Origin: a virus
Reading direction: 5' to 3' (one strand)
Virus record (IMG/VR): IMGVR_UViG_3300017917_001176
Location: 1 to 64,000 of that record
DNA length: 64,000 nucleotides
Shown here in pieces: positions 6,716 through 15,345 of this stretch (position 1 is the stretch's first letter; each line of letters starts with the position of its first letter). The position numbers and the translations under genes were made by a program. The notes under the pieces were generated by a model. The model worked only from the letters and a program-made list of their open reading frames with translations. It ran no database searches and was not told the origin of the DNA.

Positions 6716-6784
6716 CTATACTAAAACACATTGCCGAGCGACGAAGGAAATGAGTAGTGTGTTTTAGTATATCTCGTTTGATAT

Positions 6785-6859
6785 CTGGCGTTCGTTCAAT
6801 GGATAGGACAGCATTCTTCTAAAGTGCGAATAGAGGTTCGATTCCTCTACGCCGGGCCA
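6785..6859 (+). tRNA. tRNA-Arg(TCT)
   Basis: Cloverleaf, CCA. Confidence 0.92.
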
Positions 6860-6861
6860 GG

Positions 6862-6890
6862 TTTACAAAAAATATATTCCGTGTTATACT
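6862..6890 (+). promoter_or_regulatory. sigma70 promoter (extended -10)
   Basis: TTTACA-17 nt-TATACT with TGn. Confidence 0.6.
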
Positions 6891-6915
6891 GCTGTTTTAC
6901 TACAGGAGGCAGACA

Positions 6916-7215
6916 ATGAACGACACCAACGACATATTGGGTACTCCCATTGAAGTAGGTTCCACTGTTATAACATGCCACAATGGTAGAATAATTGTAG
7001 GACGCATTGCAGAAATATACGAAGAAAGAGGCAATGTAAAAGTTGAACCTTTGCTATTTGATACAAATGGCAGAAGACCTCCGCCCGGAATGAAACCATT
7101 CCGCCGCGCAGACTACAATGTGTTTGTAGTAAACGATCAAGAATTGGTTGTGGGCACTCTTAAAGGATATTGTCATAATACAGGCGAATTTGACGAAGAT
7201 TACGAAGAAGATTAA
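6916..7215 (+). CDS. hypothetical protein (small beta-barrel-like, acidic tail)
   Basis: Strong RBS AGGAGG, 99 aa. Confidence 0.75.
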   Translation: MNDTNDILGTPIEVGSTVITCHNGRIIVGRIAEIYEERGNVKVEPLLFDTNGRRPPPGMKPFRRADYNVFVVNDQELVVGTLKGYCHNTGEFDEDYEED

Positions 7216-7222
7216 AAACAGT

Positions 7223-7300
7223 GCACCGGTGGCAGAGAGGCCCAATGCAAGGGATTGCAAATCCCTAAAACCGCTGGTTCGAATCCAGCCCGGTGCTCCA
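7223..7300 (+). tRNA. tRNA-Cys(GCA)
   Basis: Cloverleaf, U73, CCA. Confidence 0.92.
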
Positions 7301-7323
7301 GTAGTTAACATAGAAAGCAGCAT

Positions 7324-7809
7324 ATGAAAATTGGATTTAGTTTTGGTAGATGCTTGGGCAGTATCATGCGCGGAGAAGTGGCGTTTGAAGATGTGCTGTG
7401 TATCATTGCTCGCACTCGCATGGAAACTGAACAGCATGTTCGCGAGGTAGTTGACGGGTACATGTATCAACCTGGTTATCTCATAGGTCTGGATCAAGCT
7501 GCCTGTGAAGAAATGGGTGTTCGTTTGTTCAACTCAGGCAAGATTCTTGAACCACGTGCCAACGGAATCCGTCCAATGAGTGTACCACGTGACTATATCT
7601 GGATGGATCTATTTCCTACTGCGCCCAATGGCGCAAACAGCGATGCAGTAAACTCTGCATGGGATCACTATCGCATGTTGATCACACTCACAGAACAACT
7701 GCCCGAAGCTGGGTTTGTTCCTGAACACAGTGAAAAAATCAAACCTCCAACCGAGGAAGAGCAATTGGAAATGCAACGAGCTGCACAAATGCTAATGAAT
7801 TCTATCTAG
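7324..7809 (+). CDS. hypothetical phage protein
   Basis: 161-aa ORF. Confidence 0.8.
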   Translation: MKIGFSFGRCLGSIMRGEVAFEDVLCIIARTRMETEQHVREVVDGYMYQPGYLIGLDQAACEEMGVRLFNSGKILEPRANGIRPMSVPRDYIWMDLFPTAPNGANSDAVNSAWDHYRMLITLTEQLPEAGFVPEHSEKIKPPTEEEQLEMQRAAQMLMNSI

Positions 7810-7818
7810 GAGTAGGCC

Positions 7819-7983
7819 ATGGACTCACCATTTCGCCGCTGGTTACAACAGATCTGGTACGAGAACTGCAAAGAGTACGAAGGCTACAATCAACTGCCTT
7901 ACACACTTCAAGAATACTGGAGTCGATACAAGTATTGGCTCAAACGTGAGTACAGGCATCAACATGGCAAAGAAAAAAGTTAA
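7819..7983 (+). CDS. small aromatic-rich hypothetical protein (54 aa, MDSPFRRWLQQIWYENC...)
   Basis: Hand-translated; RBS AGGAG; fills the gap between neighbouring genes. Confidence 0.7.
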   Translation: MDSPFRRWLQQIWYENCKEYEGYNQLPYTLQEYWSRYKYWLKREYRHQHGKEKS

Positions 7984-8356
7984 GAATCATTCTTTTTTAC
8001 TCAGTTGGGACTGCAACGGTCTCGAAGTCTGTGTACCAATCCACGAACTAGAAGAAAAATACAAACAAGCCCAAAAAGAACGTATGTGGCACACACTGGC
8101 CAGTCCAGATGCCCAGGACCCTGGTAATCCCATGGACCGTGAAATTGGTCGCATATACCACAGCATAATGATGCGGGCCAGAGTCAATCCGCAACGTCAC
8201 TACGAAATCTACACCATCCAGACCACACCTGGCACCACTGCACAGGATCTACAAGAAATGTTTACCATGAATCCACAGTCAGCCGCAGACTTGATACGCA
8301 AACATGGTAACAAGCTATACAGCGATCGTAGCAAAAATACAACAAAAATTGTGTGA
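7964..8356 (+). CDS. hypothetical phage protein
   Basis: ORF 7946..8356 with likely ATG at 7964. Confidence 0.75.
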   Translation: MAKKKVKNHSFLLSWDCNGLEVCVPIHELEEKYKQAQKERMWHTLASPDAQDPGNPMDREIGRIYHSIMMRARVNPQRHYEIYTIQTTPGTTAQDLQEMFTMNPQSAADLIRKHGNKLYSDRSKNTTKIV

Positions 8357-8405
8357 TTTTTACAACAAAATTCCGGTTGATTTAATTCTTGTTTGATGCT
8401 ATACT
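8350..8405 (+). promoter_or_regulatory. sigma70 promoter with upstream imperfect palindrome
   Basis: TGTGT-N8-CAACA, then TTGATT-17 nt-TATACT with TGn. Confidence 0.6.
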
Positions 8406-8454
8406 TGTCTTTGTGCTAATATTTGCACATTCAACAATTTAATGGAGAAGCTCA

Positions 8455-9510
8455 ATGACCAAGCGAATTTCGCGTCTTGTAATTGAGGTCGCTCAAGAAG
8501 TTCACACAGAACTCAAAGAGAAATACGGCCTTACTGACAAGGAACTTGAAAAACATAAGGCACGTATTAAAGCAAGCGGCTACGGATTCCCTATTGGGCT
8601 TGCTCTGTTAAAACTTGCAGACATTCACATTGACTACGAAGTGCAACGTGATGTCATTGTCAAGCATGTACTCAACATCATCCGCAAGTTTGACCCACGC
8701 ATTGTCGGTGCGGCATCGTGTGTGCGACTGCCTAAGAGTAAATTTCCCAATCGTTACTATGCCTATGATGGCCAGCATCGTACCATTGCCATGGCAATTC
8801 TGGGCTTTACCGAAATCCCTGCATGTTATGTGGAAACAGAGGACGAGCGTTTTGCTAGTCATGCGTTTGAGATTCTCAACGACAGCGGCATTAAGAAAAT
8901 TGGCAAACCAGACCTGCACCGTATTCGTTTGAATCTGTTTGCAAAAGGCAGTGAAGACAAAGCAAATCTAGAAGCTCGTAAATTGCAAGACCAGTTTGAT
9001 GTACTCAAAATTGACTTGCAAGAAACTGCAAAGCGCAACAACCCTAACCAGTGCGGACCCAACAAGTATTGGTTCAGTCACTTTGACTATGCTTACAAAG
9101 GCATCAAACAGGATGCCAGCGGCGCTACACTGCACGACATCCTTGACGCTATCAAGACCACCTGGCCCAACGAAGAAGAAATTGACCAAGGTGTGTTTAT
9201 TGGCCTGTGGCAGTTGAACAACTGGAGCAAGGAAATGTGCATTGCTCAGCCTGCGGGGTGGATGAAAGCAGTGCTCAAGGAAGTGGGCAAGACCTTTGGT
9301 AACAGTCATGTGGTACATGACATGGCCAAGGCTCAATGGGGTCATGTGGTAGGTAACTGGTCGGCACCAGACGGTGCGGCCAAGTTTATCCGTGAGATCT
9401 ACAAACTGCATGGTGGCAAAATAACTCTGCCCTTCAAAGGACACGAGATTGGCATTGCCGACAAGAGCAACATCTGTGATGCAGTTAAGCCTGCTGTGAA
9501 AGGACTGTGA
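8455..9510 (+). CDS. ParB/Srx-superfamily DGQHR-domain protein
   Basis: Motifs IDYEVQRD and YAYDGQHRT; RBS GGAG. Confidence 0.7.
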   Translation: MTKRISRLVIEVAQEVHTELKEKYGLTDKELEKHKARIKASGYGFPIGLALLKLADIHIDYEVQRDVIVKHVLNIIRKFDPRIVGAASCVRLPKSKFPNRYYAYDGQHRTIAMAILGFTEIPACYVETEDERFASHAFEILNDSGIKKIGKPDLHRIRLNLFAKGSEDKANLEARKLQDQFDVLKIDLQETAKRNNPNQCGPNKYWFSHFDYAYKGIKQDASGATLHDILDAIKTTWPNEEEIDQGVFIGLWQLNNWSKEMCIAQPAGWMKAVLKEVGKTFGNSHVVHDMAKAQWGHVVGNWSAPDGAAKFIREIYKLHGGKITLPFKGHEIGIADKSNICDAVKPAVKGL

Positions 9511-10064
9511 TGAGTGACTTACAAAAATTAGTTGAAGGTTTTAAGCCTGTTACATACAGTCGTGTGCAACGCGGTGATCAGTCTTATAAAGAAACGTATG
9601 AGCTTACAGAAAAAAAGTTGAAGCTTCTTGTGGCCGAATATAAAGAACTTCAACAGGTTGGGCAAACTGCACGTCTGTTACGTGACGATATTGATCATTG
9701 GATTCGACGTTACCATGGCTACTGTATTGAAGGTGCCATTGGTGCTCACTACACCGAAGTGGGTGTGGATCGTGCTAACTGTGTGTTTGAACATGTGCTA
9801 CCTGCTGCCAAGGTGCGCGACATGCTACTGCAAGGTATTCTAACAGTCAAACAGGCTCTTAACACACCAACCTGTTTTATCAGCAAACGCAACGATGAAA
9901 TCTTACGTGAAGAAGGGCATGTGAGTTCTAGTCCAGATTACTGGAACTTCTTCAAACGCTACGAGATGTTTGACGATGCCAAGTTTGTGACATATAACGG
10001 CGAAGAGATTACCGATCCAAGTACCTGGACACTTGGTAAGCATTTTGAAAAATTTGGAGTTTAA
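9507..10064 (+). CDS. HNH-like (DUF1524/GmrSD C-terminal-like) protein
   Basis: FEHVLP...N motif; overlaps the DGQHR gene stop. Confidence 0.5.
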   Translation: MMSDLQKLVEGFKPVTYSRVQRGDQSYKETYELTEKKLKLLVAEYKELQQVGQTARLLRDDIDHWIRRYHGYCIEGAIGAHYTEVGVDRANCVFEHVLPAAKVRDMLLQGILTVKQALNTPTCFISKRNDEILREEGHVSSSPDYWNFFKRYEMFDDAKFVTYNGEEITDPSTWTLGKHFEKFGV

Positions 10065-10065
10065 C

Positions 10066-10497
10066 ATGAACTTGGATAGACTAAAACGATTTGACAAAGG
10101 CAAACACGATCAGCTGGAACAACTGATTGCATGGAGTCAGATGATGGGCTTGTCAGGCAAGGACCTAGTAAGTCTGGGCGGACACATTGCACGTAGTGAA
10201 GCTAGATCTCAAGCCGTTGCTAACCGAAGTGCAGTTGATGCAATGGGTTGCGAACCCATCGGCAAAGACTCACGTATTGAAGAACGTTGGAAACTTCAAA
10301 GTCATGGCGTTACCTACTGGTTTGAAATCAACGGGTACGGTGATCATGTGAAGGTGACTAACGCCAAGACCAAAGAATCCAGACGACTAAGGTTTGATCT
10401 ATATGGTCCTGAGCTCGGTCGTTTGCACTGGCGTAAGAGATACTTTTATGCTGTAATGACTGCGGTACGTGTTGGACAAATCCAACTGGGATTTTAA
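10066..10497 (+). CDS. hypothetical protein
   Basis: Start MNLDR preceded by GGAG. Confidence 0.7.
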   Translation: MNLDRLKRFDKGKHDQLEQLIAWSQMMGLSGKDLVSLGGHIARSEARSQAVANRSAVDAMGCEPIGKDSRIEERWKLQSHGVTYWFEINGYGDHVKVTNAKTKESRRLRFDLYGPELGRLHWRKRYFYAVMTAVRVGQIQLGF

Positions 10498-10502
10498 CCC
10501 AG

Positions 10503-10530
10503 AAGCCCTGCAAATTGCAGGGCTTTTTTT
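10503..10530 (+). terminator. intrinsic terminator
   Basis: AAGCCCTGCA-AAT-TGCAGGGCTT followed by a T-run. Confidence 0.8.
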
Positions 10531-10533
10531 GGG

Positions 10534-10562
10534 TTGACAATAATGGTCCATTTTGCTATACT
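10534..10562 (+). promoter_or_regulatory. strong sigma70 promoter
   Basis: TTGACA-17 nt-TATACT with TGn. Confidence 0.8.
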
Positions 10563-10591
10563 GTGGGTTCACAAATAAAAAAGGAGCCTAA

Positions 10592-10879
10592 ATGCAATAT
10601 ACTACAAAAGCCGCCAATTGTTTATTTGTTAACGTTAGCATAAAAGCAAGTCCGTATTCAAACACACCCGTTGCAATTCGTGTAACAGCACACAATTTTG
10701 AGGACTGTCCTGCAAACAAAGCACTATATTATACAGAATTGCCTTTTCACAGTACTACTACTCTAAAAGTTATACAAGCAAAAATTGAACAGTTTCGTGC
10801 GCAAAATAACAGTCAATCTGTTGCTGTAAAAATGCAACCCAAAGTATTAAAGTTTTTGCAATCATTTAATGTTGCATAA
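10592..10879 (+). CDS. hypothetical early protein
   Basis: RBS AAGGAG, 95 aa. Confidence 0.75.
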   Translation: MQYTTKAANCLFVNVSIKASPYSNTPVAIRVTAHNFEDCPANKALYYTELPFHSTTTLKVIQAKIEQFRAQNNSQSVAVKMQPKVLKFLQSFNVA

Positions 10880-10924
10880 AAGCAACAAAAAACGGTTGAC
10901 CAAAATCAACCGTTTTGCTATACT
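10870..10924 (+). promoter_or_regulatory. sigma70 promoter with two palindromes
   Basis: TGTTG-N8-CAACA; TTGACC-17 nt-TATACT; inverted repeat AAAACGGTTGA/TCAACCGTTTT over the -35. Confidence 0.7.
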
Positions 10925-10956
10925 ATAGGCTAAGTTAAACAAGCAAGGAGCTCGTA

Positions 10957-11340
10957 ATGACAAATTGGACAGACCCTGTTATCCACTGGAATCAACTTGG
11001 TTCATCTCAACTCAAGCGTCTAGTAGACACCTGGGGCAAAGACGAGGCGTTCATTGCCAAATACGACAAGAAGCATGGTATTCCCCACACGCCAATTGCT
11101 ATGCCTGCAAAGGCAGTGACCAAGACTACATCTAAAACTGTGGTCAAGGTGCCGGCTAAAAGAGTTGCCAAGGCTCCTGTGCGTCAAAAGCATACTGGTG
11201 CGGATGGTGAAATCAAATTTGTAGAACACCGCAATCTGTTTGTGGGCTTCATGGGCGGCAAGGTTGTTGTGACCAAGCGCACCGAGGCCGCATGCCGCGA
11301 GGTATTAATTAATCAGTTCGGCGCCAAGTGTGGCGAATAA
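10957..11340 (+). CDS. hypothetical protein with basic K/T/A-rich linker
   Basis: RBS AAGGAG, 127 aa. Confidence 0.75.
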   Translation: MTNWTDPVIHWNQLGSSQLKRLVDTWGKDEAFIAKYDKKHGIPHTPIAMPAKAVTKTTSKTVVKVPAKRVAKAPVRQKHTGADGEIKFVEHRNLFVGFMGGKVVVTKRTEAACREVLINQFGAKCGE

Positions 11341-11360
11341 ACGAACTCAACGAAAACTGT

Positions 11361-11389
11361 TTGACAGTATTTTGTATTTGCATTATACT
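11361..11389 (+). promoter_or_regulatory. sigma70 promoter
   Basis: TTGACA-17 nt-TATACT. Confidence 0.8.
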
Positions 11390-11430
11390 TGTCCTGCAAT
11401 CACAAATTCACAAATTTTTAAGGAGTAAAA

Positions 11431-12534
11431 ATGGCTGCAACCGAATCACGTACAGTAACCTCGCAAGGTGCCCGTAAAGGTATCCTTACTTGTTTTAAAA
11501 CCAAGCGTCCTATCTTCCTCTGGGGTCCTCCAGGTATTGGTAAGTCCGAACTTGTTGCGGGCATCACCGAGGAACTTGGTGGTCATATGATTGACTTGCG
11601 TTTGGGTCAGATGGAACCAACTGACTTGCGCGGTATTCCTTACTTCAACAAAGACAAAGGCGTTATGGATTGGGCTCCTCCAATTGATTTGCCTGATGCA
11701 GAACTAGCCAGCAAGTATCCTGTGGTAGTGTTGTTCTTAGACGAAATGAATTCTTCTGCTCCTGCTGTTCAAGCCGCAGGCTATCAGTTGATCCTCAATC
11801 GGCGTGTGGGCAAATATGTATTGCCGGACAATGTTGTAATCGTTGCAGCCGGTAACCGTGAGTCCGACAAAGGTGTTACATACCGCATGCCGACCCCTCT
11901 TGCCAACCGTTTTGTTCACTTGGAAATGCGAGTGGATCATGCAAGTTGGGAACAGTGGGCCACTGCTAACAAAATCCACAAAGACGTGGTTGGTTACATT
12001 GGCTTCGCTAAACAAGACCTGTTTGACTTTGACTCACGTAGTCCTAGCCGAGCATTTGCTACACCACGCTCATGGAGCTTCGTAAGTCAGTTCTGCGAAA
12101 GCGATAACTGCACTGACCAAGAGCTTACTGACCTGATTGCAGGTACTGTAGGCGAAGGCATTGCAATTAAGTTTATGGCACACCGTAAGGTTTCTGGTCA
12201 GATGCCAAAGCCTTCAGAAGTGCTGTCAGGCAAGGTTACAGAATTGAAGACCAAAGAAGTCTCTGCTCAGTACTCACTTGCAGTTAGCCTGTGCTATGAA
12301 TTGCAGGATGCACACAAGAACGGTACCAAACCCGACGAGTGGAATGTAATGGCAGATCACTTCCTGGCATTTATGATGAACAACTTTAACACTGAGTTGG
12401 TTGTTATGGGTGCTCGTACTGCTCTTACCACATTCAACTTGCCACTGGTTCCTACCAAGCTCAAGAACTTTGACGAGTTCCACAAGCGATTTGGCAAGTA
12501 CATCCTGGCAGCAAGTGCCAAGGATAGCCGATAG
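11431..12534 (+). CDS. MoxR-like AAA+ ATPase
   Basis: Walker A GPPGIGKS, Walker B LFLDEMN, sensor AAGN, arginine finger LANRF. Confidence 0.88.
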   Translation: MAATESRTVTSQGARKGILTCFKTKRPIFLWGPPGIGKSELVAGITEELGGHMIDLRLGQMEPTDLRGIPYFNKDKGVMDWAPPIDLPDAELASKYPVVVLFLDEMNSSAPAVQAAGYQLILNRRVGKYVLPDNVVIVAAGNRESDKGVTYRMPTPLANRFVHLEMRVDHASWEQWATANKIHKDVVGYIGFAKQDLFDFDSRSPSRAFATPRSWSFVSQFCESDNCTDQELTDLIAGTVGEGIAIKFMAHRKVSGQMPKPSEVLSGKVTELKTKEVSAQYSLAVSLCYELQDAHKNGTKPDEWNVMADHFLAFMMNNFNTELVVMGARTALTTFNLPLVPTKLKNFDEFHKRFGKYILAASAKDSR

Positions 12535-12562
12535 TAACAAGGGCTTCGGCCCTTGTTTTACT

Positions 12563-12591
12563 TTGACACAAAAGATTGGTTGTACTATAAT
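12563..12591 (+). promoter_or_regulatory. sigma70 promoter
   Basis: TTGACA-17 nt-TATAAT. Confidence 0.8.
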
Positions 12592-12614
12592 AACTACAAC
12601 TACAAAGGAATTCT

Positions 12615-13940
12615 ATGAGCGCATCTAATACTACTGCTGTTGACCCAAAGCAAATTGCAAAAGATATCCTCGGCAAGGCTGCGTCAGCTGCCGACGACAC
12701 TATTACCAAGACGCCAGTTGATCCTAAAGTGGATGCGGCTGTGCGTGAGAAACTGATCACTGCTCGTATTGCACTCTTGCTCAAGGCACCGTTCTTTGGT
12801 AACTTGGCAACTCGTTTGCAACTTAAGAATGCAGACGACTGGTGTCCTACTGCTGCCACAGACGGGCGTAACTTTTACTACAATACCTCATTCATTAACA
12901 AACTGCCTCCTAAGCAATTGGAGTTCTTGGTTGGGCACGAAGTGCTTCACGCTGTTTATGACCATATGGGTCGTCGCGTGGATCGTAAGCCTAAGATTTA
13001 TAACATTGCCTGTGACTATGCAGTTAACGCAGACTTGATTGACCAGCGCATTGGCGACCGTATTACTGTGGTACCTATGTTGTATGAACCCAAGTACCGC
13101 GGCATGACTTCTGAAGCCATCTACGATGACTTGATGAAGAACGTTAAAGAAGTCACACTGGATCAGCTGGCTGAGATGTTGCTAGATGAACACTTGGACG
13201 GCAACGGTGATGGCGACGGTGAAGGTGAAGGCGACGAAAAAGACGGCAAGGGCCGTCCTAAGTTGAGCGAAGAAGAAAAGGCAGCTATCCGCGACGAGAT
13301 CCGTGAAGCTGTTCTTAATGCTGCTCAACAAGCAGGTGCAGGTAATGTGCCTGCAGGTGTCAAGCGCATGATTAAAGACTTAACCGAACCTGTTATTGAC
13401 TGGCGTGAATTGCTACAGCAACAGATCGAAAGCACCATTAAAAGTGACTTCACTTGGATGAAGCCTAGCCGTCGAGGCTGGCACATGGATGCTGTAATGC
13501 CAGGTATGAAGCCAGGTGAGCAGATTGACGTTTGCATTGCAATTGACACTTCGGGCAGTATTAGCGAACGTGACATCAAGGACTTCATGGCCGAAATCAA
13601 AGGCATTATGGAAGCCTATGATGAGTACAAGATTCATGTGTGGTGCTTTGATACTGAGATTTACAATCCACAGATTTTCACAAGTGAAAACCTAGAGGAC
13701 ATCTCAGCATACGAACCAGCAGGTGGTGGCGGTACTGACTTTATGGCTAACTGGGAGTTTATGAAAGAAAATCATATTGAGCCCAAGAAGTTCATTATGT
13801 TTACAGACGGTATGCCGTTTGGCGAGTGGGGTGAAGAAGAATACTGTGACACCTGCTGGATCATCAAAGGCAATCCTGATTGCGAACCACCATGGGGTGT
13901 TTGGGCACACTATGAAGAAGCAGCCAAAGGAAAGAAATAA
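12615..13940 (+). CDS. HEXXH metallopeptidase-like + vWA domain protein (DUF2201-type)
   Basis: TAATDG, HEVLH, MIDAS DTSGS, GGGGTDF, FTDG. Confidence 0.85.
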   Translation: MSASNTTAVDPKQIAKDILGKAASAADDTITKTPVDPKVDAAVREKLITARIALLLKAPFFGNLATRLQLKNADDWCPTAATDGRNFYYNTSFINKLPPKQLEFLVGHEVLHAVYDHMGRRVDRKPKIYNIACDYAVNADLIDQRIGDRITVVPMLYEPKYRGMTSEAIYDDLMKNVKEVTLDQLAEMLLDEHLDGNGDGDGEGEGDEKDGKGRPKLSEEEKAAIRDEIREAVLNAAQQAGAGNVPAGVKRMIKDLTEPVIDWRELLQQQIESTIKSDFTWMKPSRRGWHMDAVMPGMKPGEQIDVCIAIDTSGSISERDIKDFMAEIKGIMEAYDEYKIHVWCFDTEIYNPQIFTSENLEDISAYEPAGGGGTDFMANWEFMKENHIEPKKFIMFTDGMPFGEWGEEEYCDTCWIIKGNPDCEPPWGVWAHYEEAAKGKK

Positions 13941-14098
13941 TGACCGACGATATGAAATGGATCAGTTTAATCTTTATTTTTGTCTTAGGCATTCCATTGG
14001 TAGGACTTGGTATTGAAAAATACCAGATCCACCAGTGTCGCATTGAAGCAATCAAAGCTAACATGGAGGCTGAGAAGATTTCTCAAGTGTGCAAATGA
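13940..14098 (+). CDS. small membrane protein (52 aa)
   Basis: Hand-translated MTDDMKWISLIFIFVLGIPLVG...; TAATG coupling. Confidence 0.65.
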   Translation: MTDDMKWISLIFIFVLGIPLVGLGIEKYQIHQCRIEAIKANMEAEKISQVCK

Positions 14099-14367
14099 TG
14101 AAAGAAATCATTTATTTTTTACAGTGGCAGTGGCGTAGGTTTGAGACATGGCAGCGTATCTGGTTGTTTGCTGCCATGTGTCTAGGCGCAGCAATTACCT
14201 CAAGACCCGGCACAGCACAGAATGTATTGTATGGTATTGCTGCCGGTGTGTACATTTTCTTTATTTGTAAATGGGTGTTCTGGGATGGCATTCACAGTGC
14301 CTGGGACAGCTATCAAAAAGAGAAACAACAGGTAGTCGATATCATGAAAGATAGTGGAACAACATGA
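14095..14367 (+). CDS. small two-TM membrane protein
   Basis: Hydrophobic segments; ATGA coupling. Confidence 0.65.
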   Translation: MMKEIIYFLQWQWRRFETWQRIWLFAAMCLGAAITSRPGTAQNVLYGIAAGVYIFFICKWVFWDGIHSAWDSYQKEKQQVVDIMKDSGTT

Positions 14368-14555
14368 TCAATTGGATACAGCGTCAGCCTGCATGGTTGT
14401 GGCCATATTTGGTAGCCACTGCACTGTGCCTGGCTGGCACTGTTTCGCATGGTGTTTACACAATACTAGGTCTTGCTTTGTATCTGTTGATTATATTCCG
14501 CAAGGTGTATAATACACTATATAAGATGATACAAAAAGGATCTCATGATGTTTAG
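14364..14555 (+). CDS. small membrane protein
   Basis: Hydrophobic 63-aa ORF; ATGA coupling. Confidence 0.6.
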   Translation: MINWIQRQPAWLWPYLVATALCLAGTVSHGVYTILGLALYLLIIFRKVYNTLYKMIQKGSHDV

Positions 14556-14730
14556 TTTTTTCAAACCAAAGTTGGTTAGATGGGAATACAAGATTCTACC
14601 CATTGGCAGTCATGAATCAGATGACTTTGCAGAAAATACACTGTTACTGGATGCAATGGGCCAAATTGGTTGGGAAATGGTATCTGTCTATGGACAGTAT
14701 GTGATATTCAAAAGACATGTTAAAGCATAA
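14545..14730 (+). CDS. DUF4177-like small protein
   Basis: WEYK...L..MG..GWEMVSV...FKR pattern. Confidence 0.6.
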   Translation: MMFSFFKPKLVRWEYKILPIGSHESDDFAENTLLLDAMGQIGWEMVSVYGQYVIFKRHVKA

Positions 14731-15013
14731 CGAAATCAATCCTCTTAATGTTTTTGGTCTACGTAGACTGGAACATTGTCCAACGCATTTTGAAACTCTG
14801 TTGTTCGATCTGCGAGCACAAGAAAAAGACATAACCGATTGGATATACGAAAATCTTGCAGGCCGTTTTTACTTTGACGATCGGTATGCTATAAACGAAA
14901 AAGGTCAATTGGTGTTGTGCAAGTGTGTGGCGTTTGAAGATGCCAGCGAACTCACATACTTTGCTATGTTTATGGACACAATTAACCGAAACGAGTTCCA
15001 TAATCTAGTCTAA
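14717..15013 (+). CDS. hypothetical phage protein
   Basis: 98-aa coupled ORF. Confidence 0.7.
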   Translation: MLKHNEINPLNVFGLRRLEHCPTHFETLLFDLRAQEKDITDWIYENLAGRFYFDDRYAINEKGQLVLCKCVAFEDASELTYFAMFMDTINRNEFHNLV

Positions 15014-15072
15014 GAAATTTTTCTCCTTGGCACACGGTCAGTAAATACTATGTGTTTATTATGGAGAAAAAC

Positions 15073-15345
15073 ATGCCCGAAGAAACAGCGCAACAGTCAG
15101 GTCCAAATTTAACCATTGGCGACTTGATCCTCACAGCTCAAATTATTCAAGCTGCTGCCGCTAAAGGTGTTTTCAAAGCTGAAGAACTACGTCCAGTAGG
15201 CGACTTCTACGAGCGTTTGGTAACTTTCCTTGAAGCCTCTGGTGCTATCTCAAGACAGCAACCTGCTGCCCCAGAATCCGCACCCGCACCAGCAACAAAC
15301 CCAACACAGGAGAAAGCAAATGCTAAAACACGTAGGAAAGCATAA
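15073..15345 (+). CDS. hypothetical phage protein
   Basis: RBS GGAG before ATG 15073; TAAATA upstream. Confidence 0.7.
   Translation: MPEETAQQSGPNLTIGDLILTAQIIQAAAAKGVFKAEELRPVGDFYERLVTFLEASGAISRQQPAAPESAPAPATNPTQEKANAKTRRKA

Noticed and set aside
1953-7300. Suppressor tRNA or alternative genetic code
   Set aside because: No CTA, TTA or TCA anticodon found; long genes read intact in code 11 and TAG/TGA are used as stops
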